In this document: positions 58,644-64,000 of the stretch, one piece after another
Position numbering within the stretch: position 1 is the first letter of the stretch
How the letters are laid out: every line of letters begins with the position of its first letter
From: Methylophilus rhizosphaerae
GTDB taxonomy: Bacteria > Bacteroidota > Bacteroidia > Chitinophagales > Chitinophagaceae
Assembly: GCA_943370285.1 (NCBI GenBank)
Contig: CALRQJ020000001.1
Location: 98,276 to 162,275, forward strand
Direction: 5' to 3'
Length of the DNA: 64,000 nt
Made by a program: the position numbers and the translations under genes
The notes under the pieces: model-generated
The model's database searches: none
The model's input: the letters and a program-made list of their open reading frames with translations, nothing else
What the model was told of the DNA's origin: nothing

Positions 58644-60449
58644 TTACTTCCAAAGCATAGTCCAATTACCAGAATAATAGGCTTTATCTATTAATGCTAC
58701 TAATTGCTGATTATTATCTAAACGGGCCTGATACCTTAGGTCTTGATAAATGTAAAAGTTGAGCCAAAAAGAATAATCATATTTCTCTTGCAAAGAATGT
58801 GGCTGTTTGTAAAATGAATACCAATAAGTATTGATATTATATTTTTCAGCAGCTTTCAAAGCCAGCAGGGCCCTACTCCAATTTTTTTCAGTGATTGTTT
58901 TGAACAAAGTTGAAAACCCTTTGTAACTGACATCCCCAGTATTAACCAGGTTTTGTTTATCGCTAATACCCATTTTTTTGAATGAAACTGAATCTTCAAA
59001 TATTTTATCACCATCTAGGTCATACAATACTTGATCTATAAATCCATTTCCATCAGTGTCTTCATATTTTATACTGGCAAATTTTTCGGGCATTAATTGC
59101 AATCTCTTCCTATTCCATTTTTCATAAAATCCTCCAAAGCCCTGGTATGAAAATGCAGTTTGATCTATTCGCCATCCGCCCCACTCAGCTCCATACAAAT
59201 GAATACGACCATCAAAAGCACCGATATATAATTTTCCTTTCCCTGAATTATCCATATCAAATTCACCCCGATCGCCAATTGCATCTGACTGTCCATTATT
59301 ATCAAGGCCTCCACCTTCAATTCCTGTTTTCCAAAAATCGAGTGGGTCGTAAAATTCTACCCTTTCCCATCGGTTGCAATCATCATCTTCATCAAATACC
59401 AGGCGGCATTGCTGCCAATCTCCTTTTTTAAAAATCATTTGATACGCCGTATCTCTATCCGGATAAAAAAGGGTATCAATATTTCGCCAACGGCTATCAT
59501 ACATAAAACTGTTTGCAGCAGTAAGCCCTCTTAATCCCTTGAACCGATGACCCTGATCTTCATAAGCAAACCCTTTGCCTTTAAACAGCAAACTCATGTC
59601 AAAATCAAATTCATTACCAGCACCATTATCATTATCAAGGTCCCAGGTAACAGCTGCATAATCAATTTTTTTAGTGAATTGTACATCCAAACTAGAGTCA
59701 ATTAAATTGAAACCATTTTTTTTATTATTGGCACTATCTCTAAAAACAGGAGTATCCACTAAACGTATTGCCCATTCAGTTAGCCCATCCTTGTCTGTAT
59801 CATAAAAAATAAAGGGGTTCTCCCAATTATATCTTAGATCACTGATTCTAAAACTGGAAGCATGCATTTTTAGAAAAGTAGAATTGCCGCTATAGTCTTT
59901 GTAAAAGTTGGCATGGCCGTAATGCTCCCATGCCCTCATCATAATTTTATTCCAATCTACATAATGCATTATCTGGTCTTTGTCTACATCCAGCACATAC
60001 ATAAAATCGGCACCCCAATCAAAATAGTTTCTAACTTTTGTTCCGGCGTTGTTTACGATTAATTGAATATCTGCTTTGCCATCATGATCTTCATCTATCC
60101 AATCGATGCTGAAGTCAAATGGCCCGGCAAAAATTCCATCTTTATTTTTGTCGATTAATAAGCAATCATTATCAGTATCTCCTTCTTTGTCTCCTTGCTT
60201 CATATCATCGTCATCATCAATCCATATAATGGGAATCGAGTCATTCAACATTGCTTTTAAGATGTCTGGATCGCCATCTTTGTCTAAATCAAAATAAGTA
60301 ATTTTAGAGATTATTGGTACCATTCTCCATGGCAATAATTGTGTGTTATGATTCCAATAAGAAATAGTATTTTTTTGAGAAAATAAACTTGATGAATAAA
60401 AAATAATTATCAAGAAAATAGTACTATTTATTAAATACTTTTTTAGCAT
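58644..60449 (-). CDS. Uncharacterised secreted acidic protein with multiple DxDxDG-type calcium-binding (FG-GAP-like) motifs
   Basis: Signal peptide. At least 8 Asp-rich loops (DLDKDGDPD, DKNKDGIF, DEDHDGKAD, DTDKDGLTE, DLDNDNGAG, DTDGNGFID, DLDGDKIF...). Sits 4-5 nt from both neighbouring genes. Confidence 0.4.
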   Translation of the reverse strand: MLKKYLINSTIFLIIIFYSSSLFSQKNTISYWNHNTQLLPWRMVPIISKITYFDLDKDGDPDILKAMLNDSIPIIWIDDDDDMKQGDKEGDTDNDCLLIDKNKDGIFAGPFDFSIDWIDEDHDGKADIQLIVNNAGTKVRNYFDWGADFMYVLDVDKDQIMHYVDWNKIMMRAWEHYGHANFYKDYSGNSTFLKMHASSFRISDLRYNWENPFIFYDTDKDGLTEWAIRLVDTPVFRDSANNKKNGFNLIDSSLDVQFTKKIDYAAVTWDLDNDNGAGNEFDFDMSLLFKGKGFAYEDQGHRFKGLRGLTAANSFMYDSRWRNIDTLFYPDRDTAYQMIFKKGDWQQCRLVFDEDDDCNRWERVEFYDPLDFWKTGIEGGGLDNNGQSDAIGDRGEFDMDNSGKGKLYIGAFDGRIHLYGAEWGGWRIDQTAFSYQGFGGFYEKWNRKRLQLMPEKFASIKYEDTDGNGFIDQVLYDLDGDKIFEDSVSFKKMGISDKQNLVNTGDVSYKGFSTLFKTITEKNWSRALLALKAAEKYNINTYWYSFYKQPHSLQEKYDYSFWLNFYIYQDLRYQARLDNNQQLVALIDKAYYSGNWTMLWK

Positions 60450-60454
60450 ATTTA

Positions 60455-61978
60455 TTATTTAAAAAAATAATTAGGAAATTTTGCTTCTTTAGATCCGGCT
60501 GGATTTCTTTTATTAGATTGCTTGCCTTCATCTTTATTTAAAGGCAAATACATACCGTTTGTTTGTTTTAGCAATTCAAATAAATCAGTATTCATTTTTT
60601 TAACAATTGGCGAAAAGCTCGGTTCGTTAATTAGATTTTTTGATTCATATGGATCTGAAATAATATCATATAACTCATCAATATCCCAAATACCTTGGTA
60701 ATGAATATATTTATATTGATTACTACGCAAGGCATGCATAGTAGGCGTTTGAGGATAATTCCTTTCCCAATAATATTCATACAATAAGACATCCCGCCAA
60801 GGAATGGACTTTCCTGTGAGTTGAGGCAAGAAACTTTTACCATCCATATATGAAGGTGCTTTTAAGCCAGCAGCATTTAACAGCGTTGGTGCAATATCAA
60901 TATTAGCAACAATGTCCTTAATTACGTTACCAGGTTTGATTATATCTGGGCAATGAGCAAGTAAAGGAACCCGCATTGACTCTTCATAGGCATTGCGTTT
61001 ATCAATTAAACCATGTTCTCCAAATAAGAATCCATTATCGCCCATATAAATTATCAAAGTAGACTCTAATAAACTATTTTCTTTTAAATACTTCATTATA
61101 CTACCAACAGATTCATCCACCCCTTTTAAGGTTCTAGCATACCGTTTATAGTATTCTTCAATGTCTAAAGTACTATGATAGGGAAAATCTATCCCATGCC
61201 ATGAATTACGTTGATTTTGAACCCACATGGGTTGATCAGAATGACTGCCAAGTTCCATAGTAATTGGCTTTTTAAAACTATCATTGAGATGGTCATTCTT
61301 AAATCGCTCAGGTGGAGTAAAATCTGCATGAACCCCTTTATGTGAGAGATAGAGCATAAAAGGATTTTTCTTATCAATTGTTTTTAACCAATCAATAGCA
61401 TAGTCTGTTAGCTCATCGGTTATATACCCTTTTTGTTTTGTTTTAACTCCATTAACATTCAATCCTTTTTCATCAGGCAAATAACTTCCCTGACCAGGGA
61501 ATGAAACCCACTGATTAAATCCACGTTGAGGATTTGCACTTTCGCCCCCCATATGCCACTTTCCTATAAATCCAGTTTTATATCCAACTTTCTGAAGATA
61601 TTGAGCAAAAAAGGTTAATTGGCTGGAAACAGGCTTATTATTATCTATCACCAGATGTTTATGAGCATATAATCCAGTCAAAATTGAAGCTCTAGATGGC
61701 GAACATAAAGCAGTAGTCACAAATGCATTGGGTAAATAGGCTCCCTCTTTTGCTAATTTATCTAAATTTGGAGTTTCAATAAATGTTTGAGTATGTAAAA
61801 ACCCGAGTGCATCGTATCGGTGATCATCTGTAAGAATGAAAACAATGTTTCTAAGTTTCCCCTCGGCTATTTTCTCTAATTGTAGAGAAGCTTTGGGCTG
61901 CTGTAGGATTGCGTTTTGTGCAATAGCCCAAGAACTTAGAAATAAAAAAATAAAAGTGAATACCCAATTACGTACCAT
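60455..61978 (-). CDS. Formylglycine-dependent sulfatase
   Basis: Signal peptide and the CSPSRASILTG (CxPxR) motif. Confidence 0.85.
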   Translation of the reverse strand: MVRNWVFTFIFLFLSSWAIAQNAILQQPKASLQLEKIAEGKLRNIVFILTDDHRYDALGFLHTQTFIETPNLDKLAKEGAYLPNAFVTTALCSPSRASILTGLYAHKHLVIDNNKPVSSQLTFFAQYLQKVGYKTGFIGKWHMGGESANPQRGFNQWVSFPGQGSYLPDEKGLNVNGVKTKQKGYITDELTDYAIDWLKTIDKKNPFMLYLSHKGVHADFTPPERFKNDHLNDSFKKPITMELGSHSDQPMWVQNQRNSWHGIDFPYHSTLDIEEYYKRYARTLKGVDESVGSIMKYLKENSLLESTLIIYMGDNGFLFGEHGLIDKRNAYEESMRVPLLAHCPDIIKPGNVIKDIVANIDIAPTLLNAAGLKAPSYMDGKSFLPQLTGKSIPWRDVLLYEYYWERNYPQTPTMHALRSNQYKYIHYQGIWDIDELYDIISDPYESKNLINEPSFSPIVKKMNTDLFELLKQTNGMYLPLNKDEGKQSNKRNPAGSKEAKFPNYFFK

Positions 61979-62081
61979 ATGTATACAATTAGTTCTTTTG
62001 ATGTTGTTTGATTTCAGTGTTACTTATCAAGCTGCTTGTTTTTTAATTAGAGAAATGATTACGACAATAGAATTAATTATT

Positions 62082-62617
62082 TTATTTAGTGATATTAAAT
62101 GAGCCTTTAGGTAAAGCACTTCCAGCATACTTCAATAATAGGTCGAAGTATTGTTGTGAAAAGCTTTTTGTACCATCTGGCCTTATCAGCCAAAAACCCC
62201 TCATTTCATCTGTTTTACGAACATCATCCAATTTTCTTAATGCCTCGTTTTTAGGTTCGTTACAATACAACTCCCACTGTATCAAATAAGGAACCTTAAG
62301 GGCCAAACACACTCCGATATAAGCATCCCAACGTTTTACGACCGGCCCTATTTCTGTTAGCCCTTCGTAGCGTTGTTCCGGAATCCCAATTTCACCCAGA
62401 AAAACTACTTTTTTACCCTTCATATATTTAGTAGGTCGAATATGCTGCTTTATAAATTCAATACCCTTGTACAAATTCAACCCTGTTTCATCCATACCAT
62501 CATAACAAGACCAAGACACCCATCTGTTTCTATAAGTGGAAGGACACTATTTGCAATCCAGGGTCTACCACCTTTACTATCCATTACCTTATTGTCTTCA
62601 ATAGCATAAAACACCTT
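62082..62617 (-). pseudogene. Truncated and frameshifted paralog of the 41577..42791 gene
   Basis: The ORF 62082..62519 aligns to the C-terminal 145 aa of the 404-aa protein (VVFLGEIGIPE, IQWELYCNEP, GFWLIR). Upstream, in another frame, KVFYAIEDNKVMD...NSVLPLIETD aligns to SVYHAIEVNKVID...THVLPFVEVD. The first ~225 codons are absent. Confidence 0.7.
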
Positions 62618-62849
62618 TCATTTAATTTTTTTATTCCCTTGCGTTGTTGCTCCATTTAAAGGTTGATTTGTATATATCTTTTATTAACTGATTGTTTAAA
62701 GCAGGGATCAATGATTTATTCTTTTACCTGCTTTTGAAATTGATAAAAAGTGAAACAGCACAATCAAGTTACAGAAAGTACTTAAAGTAAATTTTACCAT
62801 ATTGATATAATATCAAAACAAAATAAATGCATATGATTATATTTTAATT

Positions 62850-64000
62850 TTATTGTTTACTTTTTGTATTCATATGAATATTACGTTGTTCCCGATATTC
62901 ATTTGGTGAATAGCCAAATTGTTTTTTAAATTCCCGAAAAAAATGTGATTGATTATTAAACCCTGATTGATAAAAAATTTCGGAGACCGTTAATGTGGAA
63001 GTATCTAATAGATACGCAATTCGCTGCAATCTGATACTTTTTATGAGCTCCCCAGGAGTCATTCCTGATAAAGCTTTAATTTTTCGGAAAAAATTTGCCC
63101 TACTTAACGAAAGCGCTGTTTCAAGGAAATGGCTATCTAATTCCTGATTATCCAAGTTTGCCTCAATAATCCCTATGGTAGCTTTAAGAAAGTTCTTATC
63201 ATCTTCTTTCATTCCTGCTTCTGGCAATCGATCAACTATTCTATCCTGCTTAAAAAGATGATGTAATCTTTGTTGATATTCAATCAACTTCTTAATTCTT
63301 ACCAATAAATGCTCTGTATGAAATGGTTTTGGAATGTATGCATCAGCACCGGCTTCATACCCTTCGGTCTTGTTATCCATACTGCCTCGAGCAGAAAGTA
63401 TGATGAAAGGGATGTGACATGTTGATGGTGTTTCCTTTACAATACTGCAAACTTCAAGGCCGTTCATATCCGGCATCATTATATCACTTATAATAAGCGA
63501 AGGAATAATTCTACCAAGCAAGTCGAGTGCTTCCTTACCGTTAGAAGCCTCGTAAACTATATATATGTCTATTAAAATATCATTCAATAAAAATCTAATA
63601 GAAGCATCATCTTCAATAATCAATATACTTTTTTTGCTTTCGTCACCTATACTTTCTATAAGTGCATGTTTATTGTTTTCAATAGTTTCATGTAGTTCTG
63701 TTTCGTCAAGGCTGGCAGTCATTGATTCGAGTATAAAACTTGGTGATTCAAGTTTCTCGCTGCTTTTGAGAATTCTTTCATCGGGAGGGGTGAATGACAT
63801 TGGAAGTTCTACAATAAATGAAATCCACCTATCCTTATTGCTTACTGATATATTTCCATGTAATAAAGAAGCCAATTCTTTGCTGAAGGCAAGGCCGATG
63901 CCTGAACTAATCTTTGTTTGTTGCTTATCGTCCAAAACAACAAATTTTCCGAAAAGTTTATCAATCTCAGGCTGAGAAAGCTCATAACCTGAATTAGCAA
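62850..64000 (-). CDS. Hybrid two-component system regulator (HTCS: HK-REC-AraC HTH), C-terminal part; the 5' end lies outside the window
   Basis: HATPase end (SSGIGLAFSKELASLLHGNISV), REC (ILIIEDDASIRFLL...DIMMPDMNGLE) and AraC HTH (GFNNQSHFFREFKKQFGYSPNEYR). The frame stays open to nt 64000. Confidence 0.85.
   Translation of the reverse strand, partial: ANSGYELSQPEIDKLFGKFVVLDDKQQTKISSGIGLAFSKELASLLHGNISVSNKDRWISFIVELPMSFTPPDERILKSSEKLESPSFILESMTASLDETELHETIENNKHALIESIGDESKKSILIIEDDASIRFLLNDILIDIYIVYEASNGKEALDLLGRIIPSLIISDIMMPDMNGLEVCSIVKETPSTCHIPFIILSARGSMDNKTEGYEAGADAYIPKPFHTEHLLVRIKKLIEYQQRLHHLFKQDRIVDRLPEAGMKEDDKNFLKATIGIIEANLDNQELDSHFLETALSLSRANFFRKIKALSGMTPGELIKSIRLQRIAYLLDTSTLTVSEIFYQSGFNNQSHFFREFKKQFGYSPNEYREQRNIHMNTKSKQ

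Noticed and set aside
35117-62000. Searched the CAZyme array for SusC/SusD, GH88/GH105 and T9SS C-terminal domains
   Set aside because: None were recognisable among the translated ORFs. Their absence is reported as an observation rather than as a feature.
62850-63935. ORF-track start codon at 63935 for the regulator
   Set aside because: The frame remains open upstream to nt 64000 (...ANSGYELSQPEIDKLFGKFVVLDDKQQ...). That sequence reads as the continuation of a histidine-kinase ATPase domain, so the gene is truncated by the window rather than starting there.

Overview
This is a Bacteroidota-type chromosome segment. Supporting signs are a T9SS CHU_C-type cargo protein, BshC, a hybrid two-component AraC regulator and a TTTG/TAnnTTTG-type promoter. 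It is probably a Chitinophagia/Sphingobacteriia-like organism, but the taxon cannot be proven from the sequence alone. The window has three parts. (1) 1-30.5 kb holds ordinary housekeeping genes: mltG (partial), thiol-redox genes, metX plus a MetZ-like gene, dcd, rpmF-plsX, hppD, purK-purE, bshC, rimO, outer-membrane proteins and cyanophycin synthetase. (2) 30.6-35.1 kb holds an intact tRNA-Gln(UUG) with its promoter and terminator, followed directly by a ~4 kb visibly AT-rich element. The element encodes a large serine recombinase whose reading frame runs out across the terminator and antisense through the tRNA. It also carries an unannotated 55-aa ORF, a MerR-like HTH protein, a translationally coupled pair of small ORFs, an ORF-free palindrome-rich stretch, and four 14-bp repeats phased at exactly 20 bp. 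The element abuts a decayed chimeric reading frame (a DUF4861-like N-terminus plus an internal uxaC fragment). This element is my best candidate for something undescribed. (3) 35.1-62 kb holds about 20 tightly packed genes, all on the minus strand. They include the unsaturated-uronate route (exuT-like, eda, kdgK, kduI, kduD), GH3, a PL8 fusion, GH10, a CE7-like esterase, GH2, a SASA esterase, a heparinase II/III-like lyase, a sulfatase and two uncharacterised candidate carbohydrate-active proteins. No SusC/SusD pair is present in the window, two MFS transporters are, and a partial HTCS regulator sits at the edge. Several gene remnants indicate recent rearrangement. No CRISPR array, rRNA or recognisable defence system was seen. 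All functional calls come from motif recognition by eye, with no database search.
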